In this document: positions 54,363-63,262 of the stretch, piece by piece
Numbering within the stretch: the first letter of the stretch is position 1
Layout of the letters: every line of letters begins with the position of its first letter
Origin: Actinomycetota bacterium
GTDB taxonomy: Bacteria > Actinomycetota > CADDZG01 > WHSQ01
Assembly (NCBI GenBank): GCA_051001455.1
Contig: JBPCNH010000023.1
Span: 48,393-112,392, forward strand
Reading direction: 5' to 3'
Length of the DNA stretch: 64,000 nucleotides
Program-made: the position numbers and the translations under genes
The notes under the pieces: generated by a model
The model's input: the letters and a program-made list of their open reading frames with translations, nothing else
What the model was told of the DNA's origin: nothing
The model's database searches: none

Positions 54363-54806
54363 TCACTCCCCGAGGACCTGGATGCAGTAGCGGCGGAGAC
54401 GGGACGAACAAAGCTCGATGAAATAGACGCGTTGCTCGGCGCCCAGCGCCAGCGACCCGCCGACCACGGGGATCACTTCGCTCGTTCGGCCCGCGAACAC
54501 GTTGACCAGGTGAGCGGGAGCATTCTCGGGCTCGTCCTCCACGAGGTTCTCGGTGCGGATCTCGAAGTCGTCGTGCTCGTAATAGCCGTCGGCAGGCTCG
54601 AGCAGCCTCATGGCCTTCTCGAGCGCCCCCACCATCGAACGGTCCCCGTTGGCGACGAGCACGCAACAGGTGGTGTGCGGGGAGAAGACCAGTGCGCTGC
54701 CGTGGCTGATCCCCGAGGCGGCCACCATCTCGCCGACCTCTTCGGTCACGTCGAGCGCGTCGAGCCGGCCTCCGGTCTTGGTCTCGTATTCCTCGTAAGT
54801 AATCAT
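54363..54806 (-). CDS. YjbQ/UPF0047 family protein (secondary thiamine-phosphate synthase-like)
   Basis: 147 aa. VFSPHTTCCVLVANGD...YEHDD...NAPAHLVNVFAGRTSEVIPVVGGSLALG matches the family pattern. Confidence 0.75.
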   Translation of the reverse strand: MITYEEYETKTGGRLDALDVTEEVGEMVAASGISHGSALVFSPHTTCCVLVANGDRSMVGALEKAMRLLEPADGYYEHDDFEIRTENLVEDEPENAPAHLVNVFAGRTSEVIPVVGGSLALGAEQRVYFIELCSSRLRRYCIQVLGE

Positions 54807-54930
54807 CTCCGGGCCATTGTCCCGTAACTGGAGCGTTGTGCGATTGGACGAGCGTTAGGCCCATCTGAACGGCCGTTCAAGGCGCCGGGCCGAGAGCGCG
54901 AACTTTTTTGGGCCACACGTCGTAACGCGA

Positions 54931-55146
54931 ACGGGAACGGCAAGGTTCGAGTCGCTCGAGGAGCTCGTTGTGATGCTCTGCTGGCGATCGACCTTCGAAT
55001 TCACCGGACCGCCGCCGCACGACTACATTCAGCGATACTTGACGAACATCCGTCATTCCGAATTATTCGCGCAGCTGGAGCGAGAGGCGCGAGAGACAGA
55101 TCGAGGTCTGTGGTCATCGGATTCGTGTAGTGGGAGGCCGTCCTGA
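54931..55146 (+). pseudogene. 3' remnant of a thermonuclease (SNase)-like gene
   Basis: My translation is ...FESLEELVVMLCWRSTFEFTGPPPHDYIQRYLTNIRHSELFAQLEREARETDRGLWSSDSCSGRPS-stop. It resembles SNase C-termini (..AE.EAR...RGLW). No N-terminal catalytic part lies upstream. Confidence 0.5.
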
Positions 55147-55282
55147 ACAACGCCTACTTCGTCCGAGGATCGCCCGCGGACTTCGATGGATGCGGAGGCC
55201 GGGGAATATCGGATGGGATCCGATCAGGAATCTCACCGACGTAGCGATAAACGCGATGGCATGATCGTGCTATATTCGTGCC

Positions 55283-55519
55283 ATGGGTAGGGCACGGATC
55301 AGCACTACTGTTGACGAGCGCCTGTTGAAGATGGCCCGCCGGATTCGACGAGGCGCATCCGACTCCGTCCTCGTCGAAGAGGCTCTTGCCGCGCTGGTGG
55401 CTCGCAACCGCAGCGCCGAGATCGACGCCGCGTACGCGGTCTATGACGGCAAACCCCTCTCGATCGAAGATGAGTGGGGCGATCTGGCTGCGTTCCGTGA
55501 AGCGGCCGCACGGTCCTAA
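55283..55519 (+). CDS. mazE: Type II antitoxin (RHH/MazE-like)
   Basis: 78 aa, MGRARISTTVDERLLKMARRI... with an acidic C-terminus. The stop overlaps the toxin start. Confidence 0.7.
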   Translation: MGRARISTTVDERLLKMARRIRRGASDSVLVEEALAALVARNRSAEIDAAYAVYDGKPLSIEDEWGDLAAFREAAARS

Positions 55520-55845
55520 TGGCGAGCCCTGCTCGTGGAGAGGTGTGGTGGTGCGAGCTTCCCGGGGCAGGTCGGCGTCCGGTGGTCCTTCTGTCGAGAG
55601 ACGTCGCGATCCCACGGCTCGGCCGCGCGCTGATCGGACCCTGCACGACGACCATACGCGGCCTCCCTAGTGAGGTGCTGCTCGAACCGGGCGAAGACCC
55701 CGTCCCGCTTCCGTCGGCCGTGAACCTCGATTCCGTCGAAAGCGTATCGGTGGGGACTTTGGTGGAGCGCTTGGGGCGACTAAGTGATTCCCGCATGCAC
55801 GAGGTTTGCCGCGCTCTCGCGGTCGCCGTCGCGTGCGAAGCCTGA
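55519..55845 (+). CDS. mazF: Type II toxin, PemK/MazF-family endoribonuclease
   Basis: 108 aa. RGEVWWCELPGAGRRPVVLLSRD...AVNLDSVESVSVGTL is the typical MazF pattern. Confidence 0.8.
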   Translation: MASPARGEVWWCELPGAGRRPVVLLSRDVAIPRLGRALIGPCTTTIRGLPSEVLLEPGEDPVPLPSAVNLDSVESVSVGTLVERLGRLSDSRMHEVCRALAVAVACEA

Positions 55846-55873
55846 GCTCGTCCCGCGGCACAGCACGAGGCAC

Positions 55874-55966
55874 GGCTACATCTAGCGATACTTAACGAAC
55901 CTGCGCCACGCCGATCTTTTCGTGCAGCTAGAACGTGAGGCGCGGGAACGACCGGGGTCTCTGGTC
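55874..55966 (+). pseudogene. Second, disrupted 3' remnant of a thermonuclease-like gene (imperfect direct repeat of 55021..55113)
   Basis: GYI-stop-RYLTNLRHADLFVQLEREARE then a frame break. Roughly three quarters identical by eye to the left copy, with most differences at codon third positions. Confidence 0.5.
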
Positions 55967-56082
55967 GCCAGAACCGGTAACGGCGAAGAAAGGTAGAGGT
56001 CGTATCTGCCCGTAGGTTCCGTTTCGAACCGGTGTCCTATGGGCTAGGAATCTCATTGAGAACGGAGATACCGAGGCCTGGT

Positions 56083-57066
56083 CTAGCGGTTTGCATCGGG
56101 GCCGGGAGCCGGTGCCACGAGGGCGGGGCTCGGCGCCTCTTCGACCCGACCGGTCCCACTGCCCGTTAGGGCTCCTACGTACACCGCCGCTGCCACCAGA
56201 GCCCCACCGGCCACGATCTCGGCGGTCAGCTCTTCGTCGGCGATGAGTATCCCGAGGGTTACCGCGACGACCGGCATCAGGGTGAGCGCGTAGGTGGTCG
56301 CCGACGCCGTCCATCTCAGCACAACGAATAGGAACAACATGAACAGGCCGACCGAGCCCAGCACCACGAGCCAGGCGAGAACGAGCCAGGTTCGGCCGGC
56401 ACGCGGAAGGACCCACTCCTCTCCGGCGACCAGCGAGGCAGCCGCCAAGAACACGCTGCCGGCCAACATGCCGACGGCATTCGTCGTGATGGGATCGGCG
56501 CGGGGGAACACCTTGACTATCACGCTCGACTCGGCGATCACCACAGCGCCCATGAACGCGGCCATCAGATAGACGGGTGTGAGCTCTCCGCCGAAGGTGC
56601 CTCTGGAAAGAACAGCGATGCCTGCGATCGCCATCAACCCTCCGGTCAACCCTCGCGCCGTGAGCCGTTCCTGCCGGTGCATCGCGGCAAGCAAGAGTGT
56701 GAGTAATGGCACCGAAGCAAGGATCACCGAGGTGGCTCCGGCGTCCAGCTCGGTGAGTGCGAAGTAAAGGAATGCATAGGCCAGCCCGAAACCGAGCAGT
56801 CCGTACAGCGCCGCACCTACGGCCGCCGCGCCGTACGGCATCGGCAACCGCCGGATCCGCATGAGAAGGAAGAACAGCAGGGTCCCGGGAACGAAGCGCA
56901 GAGTCGCGCCGAATAGAGGGTCGAGCTCTTCGTTGCTGAACTTCACGGCGACGAAGTTTGCGCCACCGATCAGCACGGCACCGAAGAAAGCGGCACTAGT
57001 GGTGCGGTCGGGTATGCCGGAATGAACCTCGACGACCTCCCCCTGACTTTTGTAGAAGCAGACCAA
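56083..57066 (-). CDS. EamA/DMT-family transporter
   Basis: 327 aa, 10 predicted TM helices, EamA-like halves. Only a TTG start is available at 57066. Confidence 0.75.
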   Translation of the reverse strand: MVCFYKSQGEVVEVHSGIPDRTTSAAFFGAVLIGGANFVAVKFSNEELDPLFGATLRFVPGTLLFFLLMRIRRLPMPYGAAAVGAALYGLLGFGLAYAFLYFALTELDAGATSVILASVPLLTLLLAAMHRQERLTARGLTGGLMAIAGIAVLSRGTFGGELTPVYLMAAFMGAVVIAESSVIVKVFPRADPITTNAVGMLAGSVFLAAASLVAGEEWVLPRAGRTWLVLAWLVVLGSVGLFMLFLFVVLRWTASATTYALTLMPVVAVTLGILIADEELTAEIVAGGALVAAAVYVGALTGSGTGRVEEAPSPALVAPAPGPDANR

Positions 57067-57241
57067 GCGTACTCGTAGCCCGGCTACGCCGGAGGACGAG
57101 CCAGGGAGACGCAGTGGACGTGTTGCTTTTCTCGACGGTTGGACTACTTGACCGATTTGTCCAAGGTCTCGTTCGGCGCGGCGGAGTTTGACCCGGCGCT
57201 CTAGCTGCGGCTCCCGGAGGGGCTGTTCCCCTCGGCCTGGA

Positions 57242-57261
57242 AATAGTTACTAGTGACTATT
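57242..57261. promoter_or_regulatory. AT-rich 20-bp imperfect palindrome (operator-like)
   Basis: AATAGTTACT/AGTGACTATT (one mismatch), 80 bp upstream of the giant kinase gene. It stands out in GC-rich surroundings. Confidence 0.3.
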
Positions 57262-57340
57262 CCCTACCGATATGCCCGCATCTTCAAATAGAGGGCCAGA
57301 CGCCTGACGTGTTCGCGCGGGCAACTTCTGTTCGATCGGA

Positions 57341-60300
57341 GTGTCGAAGACGGAAAAGCACCTGAAGGGATGGCCGCCGGGGAGCCTGGCGGTTGGCGAC
57401 CGCTTCAAGATCCTCGATCAGATGAGGTCGGGCGCCGACGTCAATACCTTCTCGGGCGAAGATCGCCTCTCGGGCGAGAAGGTAGTGATCAAGAAGATCG
57501 CGCCCGGCAACGTCTCGGCTACCGCGGTGGCGCACCTCGAGCATGAAGCGCATGTCCTGAGCCGGATGAGCAGCCCCTACCTGGCTCCGGTGACGGACGT
57601 CGGCCAGGATCACGACGGCGCGGTCTATCTGGTCATGCCGCTCATCACGGGGTTCACGCTCAAGGAGCGCCTCTTGTTGGGCCCGCTCGACGTCTCCGAG
57701 GTGACGAACGTGGGGATCTGCCTCATGGATGCGCTGCAAACGATTCACGACCTTGGGATCTTGCACCGAGACGTCAAATCATCGAACGTCGAGCTGCGGT
57801 CCGGCGAGAAGGTCGAGAGCGCGGTGCTCGTCAACTTCGGCTTGTCCCGAAGCGTCCACCTGCACGCCTCGATGCATGATCGCGTGGTCGGGACGGTTCG
57901 ATATATGTCACCGGAGACGGCCGGCACGATCGACCACGAGGTCGATGAGCGCTCGGATCTCTACTCGGCGGGCGTAGTGTTCTTCGAAGCTCTCACCGGC
58001 CGACCCCCGTTCGAGGCCGAGTCGGGGGAAAAAGTACTTAGTCAACATCTCAGCGCGCCGCCGCCGGCGGCGCGCAGTTTGCGACCCGAGGCACCGCGTG
58101 CCCTCGAGGAGGTCATCGAGCGACTCCTGCGTAAGGACCCGTCCGACCGCTACCAGACCGCGGAGGCTGTGCGGGCGGACCTGCAAGAGATCAAGAACGC
58201 CATCAGCAGCGGGAACCCCGATCCCCACATGGTGGTCGGTCTGCACGACCGTCGTAAGAGCCTCGCGGAACCATCGTTCGTTGGCCGCAAGCACGAACTC
58301 AACTCACTGAAGGAGCTGCTCGACGTTGCCGGCAAGGGAGCACCATGCCTAGCGTTTGTATCGTCGGAGTCGGGCGGCGGCAAGACGCGTTTGATTAACG
58401 AGTTCGCAAAGGAGGTCGCCCAGGCTGGGGTTTCGACCTTCAGGGGACAAGGACTCGATCTGGCGGCCCAACGACCCTTCCAGCTCCTCTCCGGCGTGGC
58501 CCTAGACGTGCTCCAAACCGTGGAGCAGGACCCGGGGCTGGTCGACTCTCTGAAGGAGCGATTGGCCGAGGGAGCCGAATCGGTCGCGGTTGCGCTTCCG
58601 GAGCTGGGTCCGGTCCTAGACGTGCCGGACAAGGCTGTCGGCCCCGAAGAGCACGGAGAGTTCCGTAGCGTTCGCGCCCTGGCGAAGCTGCTCGACTCCC
58701 TCGGCGCGCCGAACCGACCGGCGGTGGTGATCCTCGACGACTGCCAGTGGGCGGACGAGCTCACGCTCAAGACGTTGCAACGCTGGTCGCAGGGAGCGGA
58801 CCGGAACGGTGCGGAATCGCACACCTTCATCGTCGCAGCGTTCAGGTCAGAGGAAGTGCCCATGGATCACCCGCTGCGCAAGGTCGTCGCGACCGGCGAC
58901 CTTGCGCTCAAGGGACTGAACGACGAGGAACTGCGCGCGCTGGCCGAATCGATGGCGGGCCCCCTTCCAACTCCGGCCCTGGAGGCCGTGACGCGGTTGT
59001 CCGAGGGAAGCCCGTTCATGGCTTCGGCTGTTCTGCGCGGCATGGTCGAAGCGGGCGCGCTGCATCCCGAAGATGACGGCTGGCAGGTGGACGAAGACGC
59101 CATGGAGGGTGTCAGGTCGTCGCGCCGCGCCGCAGCCTTCTTGGCCCAGCGGCTGTCCCTGCTGTCCGAGGCAACGACCGAGGTGCTGGCGACGGCCGCG
59201 GTGCTGGGCAAGGAGTTCGAACTCGGGCTGGTAGCAGACCTGTGGGGTAAGCCGCTGCAGGAGGTCGTCTCGACGGTCCACGAGGCGCGGCAGCGCCATA
59301 TCGTCTGGGTGGACGAGACGAGCGGGCGGTCCGCCTTCGTTCACGACAAGCTGCGCGAGGCCATCTTGGACTCGGTGGACCCCGAGAACAAAAGGGTTCT
59401 CCACCTCAAGGCAGGTGAGCATCTGGAGCGATCCCATCCGGAGCGCGTTTTCGACATCGCCTACCACTACGACGCCGCAGGGGAACCCGTCAAAGCCCTG
59501 CCGTACGCGCTCGAGGCCGCGCAGCAGGCGCGCGGACAACATGCGCAAGCCATCGCCGAAGAGCAGTATCGGATCGCGGAGCGCGCCGTTGGTCCGGATG
59601 ACCTGGAGGCGAGAAGACTCATATCGGAGGGGTTGGGAGACACCCTGATGCTGCGCGGCCACTATCAGGACGCCGAGCCCTACTTCACCCAGGCGCTGGG
59701 CCTGGCGACCACCGATGAGGCACGTTCGATGATCTTGGGCAAGGTCGGCGAACTTGCTTTCAAGCGGGGGGACGTGGAGTCCGCCGAGAAGGCCAACGAA
59801 GAGGCGCTGCGAACGCTTGGCAAGAGGGTTCCGAGATCGATAGTCGGGTTCGCGCTGATGGCGCTGTGGGAAGTCCTCGTGCAGGTGATGCACACGCTGT
59901 TCCCCAAGCTGTTGCTCGGTCGCAAGAAGCTCGAGAGTGCCGAGCGCGAGTTCATCGCCCTTCGGCTCTACAGCCGAGCCACACACAACTACTGGTTCGG
60001 GCGCGGCACGATCCCGTGCGGATGGGCGCATTTCCGTGAGATGAACCTCGCCGAGCGATATCCCCCCACGCCCGAATTGGCGCAGGCCTACTCCGAACAT
60101 GCCCCGGTCATGACACTGGTGACCAAGTATCGGCGAGGGATGGACTACGCGAAGAGATCGCTCGCTATCCGCCAGTCACTGAACGACACCTGGGGCCAAG
60201 GACAGTCGATGCACTTCTACGGCGTCGTCACTTATGGCGCTTCTCGATACGAGGAGTGCATCGATAGCTGTCGTCGCGCGATCCGCTTCCTAGAACGAAC

Positions 60301-62344
60301 GGGTGATCGGTGGGAGGTCAATACAGCCACGTGGCACATCGCGTTGTCGCAATACAGGCTGGGCGATCTCGCCGGGGCGGTAGACACGGCGCGCCGTTGC
60401 TACCAGTCGGGGGCCGAGATCGGCGACTCCCAGGCGCGCGGCATCAGCCTCGGCGCCTGGGCCAAGGCCACCGGCGGCCGGGTCCCCGAGGACCTGCTCG
60501 CAGCGGAGGCGGCCGCGATCGGCCGCGATGTGCATACCTCGGCTGAGGTCATGCAGGCCGAGGGCCTGGTGCTTCTTCGTCGTAAGGAGTACGAGCATGC
60601 CGAGCAGAAGTTCCGTGAGGCCAAACGGATGATCTTGCGCGCGGGCGTTATGCAGGAGTACGTCGCTCCCATCTTCCCGTGGCTGGTTACGGCGATGCGG
60701 CTGCAGATAGAGGCGCTTCCGCCGTGGGCGCCGGCGCACAGAGCCAAACTGCTGCGCAGGGCGCGCCGGGCATCCTTCTGGGCCCGGCTCGTGGCGAGCC
60801 GCTACCGCAATAACCGCCCCCATGCCCTCAGGGAAGCCGCTCTCTTGGCGGCCGCGAGCGGCCGCGCCGGGCGCGCTCGGCGTTTGTTCGATCGGAGCCG
60901 GGCCATCGCCGACGAGCAAGGGGCTCGATACGAGAGCGCCCGGACCCTCGTCGAGCGGGGCCGCGTGGGGCTCGCTCTCGGTTGGAGAGCGGCTGCAGAA
61001 GACGCTGTTGCCGGGGAGGCGCTGATCGCGAGGATGACCGTCCCGGAGGAGGACTCCGGGCACGAAGAGACCACCGAAGACCCGTCGATCACCCCGGCGC
61101 TCGTGGACCGCTTCGACGGTCTGCTCGAGGTGGGCCGGCAGATCGCCGGTTCCTTGAGTCGTGATGCCGTTCAGGCCAACCTTCATGCTTCGGCACTGGC
61201 ACTTCTGCGCGGCGAGGAATGTCTCATCCTCGAGGTCGACGGAGACGAGAACCAGCCCCGGGTGCTTTACGGACAAGGGGACGCGCTGCCGAGTAGCGCT
61301 CTGGTTCGCAGCGCGGTAGCCAGCGGCCGTCCGGTGATCCTGGCGGACGATCTTCCGGAGGACGCTAGCGAGAGCCTCGAGCTTGCGGGGATCCGTTCGG
61401 CCCTATGCGCTCCTATCCACGTCCGCGGACGGATAACGGCGTGCTTCGTGATAACCCACCATGAGATGGGGGAGCTGTACGGCGAGGATGAGCAGCGCAT
61501 CGCAGAGTTCCTGGCCACCATCGCCGGGGCCGCGATCGAGAACGCGGACGGCTTCGCCGAGGTCAGGGACCTCTCCCGCTCGCTTGAACATCGGGTCGCC
61601 GAACGCACCTCCGAGTTGCGCGAGGCGAACGTGCAGCTCAAGCGAGCCAACGATGCGATGCGCGATTTCGTCTCGGCCGCGTCACACGATCTGAGGACCC
61701 CTCTCACCGCGGTGGTCGGTCATGCCTCACTCATGAGCCGGAACTGGGCCCAGATGGAAGAGGATCAGAAACTGTGGAGCGTCGATGTAATCTCTCGCGC
61801 GTCCAATCGTCTCACTCAGTTGGTCGACGACCTGCTGACGATCTCGAACATCGAAGGCGGTGTCATCGACACGCATCCCGAAGTGGTTCAAGTCAGCGAG
61901 GTGATCTCGGAGGTGACCGCTTTCACGGGACGCGCCGACGAGATCAAGGTGACCTGCCCCCCGGACGCGCGGGTCCTTGCTGACGCGAGCCACGTCCAGC
62001 GCATGTTCACGAACTACATCACGAATGCTTTGAAATACGGTGCTACCCCGTACGAGGTGACCGTTTCACTTACCGAGGACGATGTCGAGGTGCGGGTCCT
62101 AGACGGCGGCACCGGGGTCCCCGAAGACTTCGCCTTCACGCGACTCTTCGAGAAGTTCGCGCGCGCCAAGACCGAAGCCACGCGCAAGGAAGCAGGCACG
62201 GGATTGGGGCTCTCGATCGTGAGAGGCCTCGCCGAAGCCAATGGGGGGAAAGCCTGGTATCAGCCGAACGAGCCCAACGGTTCCTGTTTCGTTTTCACTT
62301 TGCCCCGCGCCTATGACACCCGAGCCCATAGGATGCTCGGATGA
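57341..62344 (+). CDS. Multidomain Ser/Thr-kinase-like + STAND/AAA ATPase + TPR-like + GAF + histidine kinase (HisKA-HATPase) protein
   Basis: 1667 aa. VVIKKI, HRDVKSSNV, NFG (in place of DFG), YMSPE. Walker A SESGGGKTRL and Walker B VVILDDCQWADE. H-box SHDLRTPL, N-box NYITNALKY, G-boxes DGGTGV and GTGLGLSIV. Confidence 0.85.
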   Translation: MSKTEKHLKGWPPGSLAVGDRFKILDQMRSGADVNTFSGEDRLSGEKVVIKKIAPGNVSATAVAHLEHEAHVLSRMSSPYLAPVTDVGQDHDGAVYLVMPLITGFTLKERLLLGPLDVSEVTNVGICLMDALQTIHDLGILHRDVKSSNVELRSGEKVESAVLVNFGLSRSVHLHASMHDRVVGTVRYMSPETAGTIDHEVDERSDLYSAGVVFFEALTGRPPFEAESGEKVLSQHLSAPPPAARSLRPEAPRALEEVIERLLRKDPSDRYQTAEAVRADLQEIKNAISSGNPDPHMVVGLHDRRKSLAEPSFVGRKHELNSLKELLDVAGKGAPCLAFVSSESGGGKTRLINEFAKEVAQAGVSTFRGQGLDLAAQRPFQLLSGVALDVLQTVEQDPGLVDSLKERLAEGAESVAVALPELGPVLDVPDKAVGPEEHGEFRSVRALAKLLDSLGAPNRPAVVILDDCQWADELTLKTLQRWSQGADRNGAESHTFIVAAFRSEEVPMDHPLRKVVATGDLALKGLNDEELRALAESMAGPLPTPALEAVTRLSEGSPFMASAVLRGMVEAGALHPEDDGWQVDEDAMEGVRSSRRAAAFLAQRLSLLSEATTEVLATAAVLGKEFELGLVADLWGKPLQEVVSTVHEARQRHIVWVDETSGRSAFVHDKLREAILDSVDPENKRVLHLKAGEHLERSHPERVFDIAYHYDAAGEPVKALPYALEAAQQARGQHAQAIAEEQYRIAERAVGPDDLEARRLISEGLGDTLMLRGHYQDAEPYFTQALGLATTDEARSMILGKVGELAFKRGDVESAEKANEEALRTLGKRVPRSIVGFALMALWEVLVQVMHTLFPKLLLGRKKLESAEREFIALRLYSRATHNYWFGRGTIPCGWAHFREMNLAERYPPTPELAQAYSEHAPVMTLVTKYRRGMDYAKRSLAIRQSLNDTWGQGQSMHFYGVVTYGASRYEECIDSCRRAIRFLERTGDRWEVNTATWHIALSQYRLGDLAGAVDTARRCYQSGAEIGDSQARGISLGAWAKATGGRVPEDLLAAEAAAIGRDVHTSAEVMQAEGLVLLRRKEYEHAEQKFREAKRMILRAGVMQEYVAPIFPWLVTAMRLQIEALPPWAPAHRAKLLRRARRASFWARLVASRYRNNRPHALREAALLAAASGRAGRARRLFDRSRAIADEQGARYESARTLVERGRVGLALGWRAAAEDAVAGEALIARMTVPEEDSGHEETTEDPSITPALVDRFDGLLEVGRQIAGSLSRDAVQANLHASALALLRGEECLILEVDGDENQPRVLYGQGDALPSSALVRSAVASGRPVILADDLPEDASESLELAGIRSALCAPIHVRGRITACFVITHHEMGELYGEDEQRIAEFLATIAGAAIENADGFAEVRDLSRSLEHRVAERTSELREANVQLKRANDAMRDFVSAASHDLRTPLTAVVGHASLMSRNWAQMEEDQKLWSVDVISRASNRLTQLVDDLLTISNIEGGVIDTHPEVVQVSEVISEVTAFTGRADEIKVTCPPDARVLADASHVQRMFTNYITNALKYGATPYEVTVSLTEDDVEVRVLDGGTGVPEDFAFTRLFEKFARAKTEATRKEAGTGLGLSIVRGLAEANGGKAWYQPNEPNGSCFVFTLPRAYDTRAHRMLG

Positions 62345-62718
62345 AAGTATCGATGGTGGTCGAAGACGAGCCCGACATGAGGGATCTGATCAAGATGACG
62401 CTCATGGAAGACCCCAGGTTCGAGATCGTTGTCGAGGCCGCGTCCGCCGAGGATGCCATCGGTTTAGCCGACACCCATGAGCCCGGGTTAGTGGTGCTCG
62501 ATCACTCCCTCGATGGAGAGTTGACCGGCCTGGATGCCGCTCCGAAGATCAAGGCGGTCGCGCCCGAGTGCAAGATCATCCTGTTCACTGCCGATGCAAG
62601 TTTGCGCTCGCGAGCCGATGCGGAACCATCCGTCGATGCCTTCCTGGTGAAGACCGACCTCCTCAAGCTCTTGTCTCTGGCTCAGCGCTTTATGGGACTC
62701 GGCCCGATACCCACCTGA
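62341..62718 (+). CDS. Stand-alone response regulator receiver (CheY-like)
   Basis: 125 aa. MKVSMVVEDEPDMRDLI...LVVLDHSLDG...KIILFTA. The ATG overlaps the kinase stop (ATGA). Confidence 0.85.
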   Translation: MKVSMVVEDEPDMRDLIKMTLMEDPRFEIVVEAASAEDAIGLADTHEPGLVVLDHSLDGELTGLDAAPKIKAVAPECKIILFTADASLRSRADAEPSVDAFLVKTDLLKLLSLAQRFMGLGPIPT

Positions 62719-62783
62719 TCCTCGCTTCAGAAAGACCCTCGAGCGTCAACAGTCGAAGGGGGTGATCGCTGAGAGCGCGAACC

Positions 62784-62833
62784 TTTTTTGACCCTTCAAG
62801 ACCACATATTTCGTGGCCGCAATCGATCAAAAC
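62784..62833. repeat. Nested-palindrome repeat element, copy E (left arm degenerate)
   Basis: TTTTTTGACCCTTCAAGACCACATATTTCGTGGCCGCAATCGATCAAAAC. The inner hairpin and right arm are conserved. The left flank GAGAGCGCGAACCTTTTTTG recurs at 54892..54910. Confidence 0.8.
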
Positions 62834-62907
62834 GCGCCGGGGTGGGTAAGGGTTGGGGGGTTGGACAGAGATAAGAGAGATTGTCGGACAATGAGGAGGA
62901 GTCTCCT

Positions 62908-63207
62908 ATGAGTGGATTCTGGAAGAAAGCCGCGGCGGTCGTAGCCGTGAAGAAGATCGCCGACCGGGTGCAGGAAGCACGGCAACCGAAGCGCTCGTTC
63001 ATCTCGAGGATGTCGCCGCTCGTGCTCGTGGCGGGCATCGGTGGCGCCGCTTTCTGGGCCTACCGCAACGGCAAGCTCGACCCCGTGGTCGAGCAGGCCA
63101 AGAACCTCACCGGCGGCAGCGAGGGCAACGGTTCGTACCCGACCGCTCCCGCATCCGCCACCGGCGCAACCACCACTGGAGCCACCAGCACCGCGTCCAC
63201 GATCTAG
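62908..63207 (+). CDS. Small membrane protein, hypothetical
   Basis: 99 aa. AGGAGG lies 9 nt upstream of the ATG. One TM helix (MSPLVLVAGIGGAAFWAY) and a Thr/Ala/Gly-rich tail. Confidence 0.55.
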   Translation: MSGFWKKAAAVVAVKKIADRVQEARQPKRSFISRMSPLVLVAGIGGAAFWAYRNGKLDPVVEQAKNLTGGSEGNGSYPTAPASATGATTTGATSTASTI

Positions 63208-63262
63208 CACGAACCCAACCAAGCACTGCGAGGGGCTCCTGCTGGCAGGCCCCGGAGCCCTT

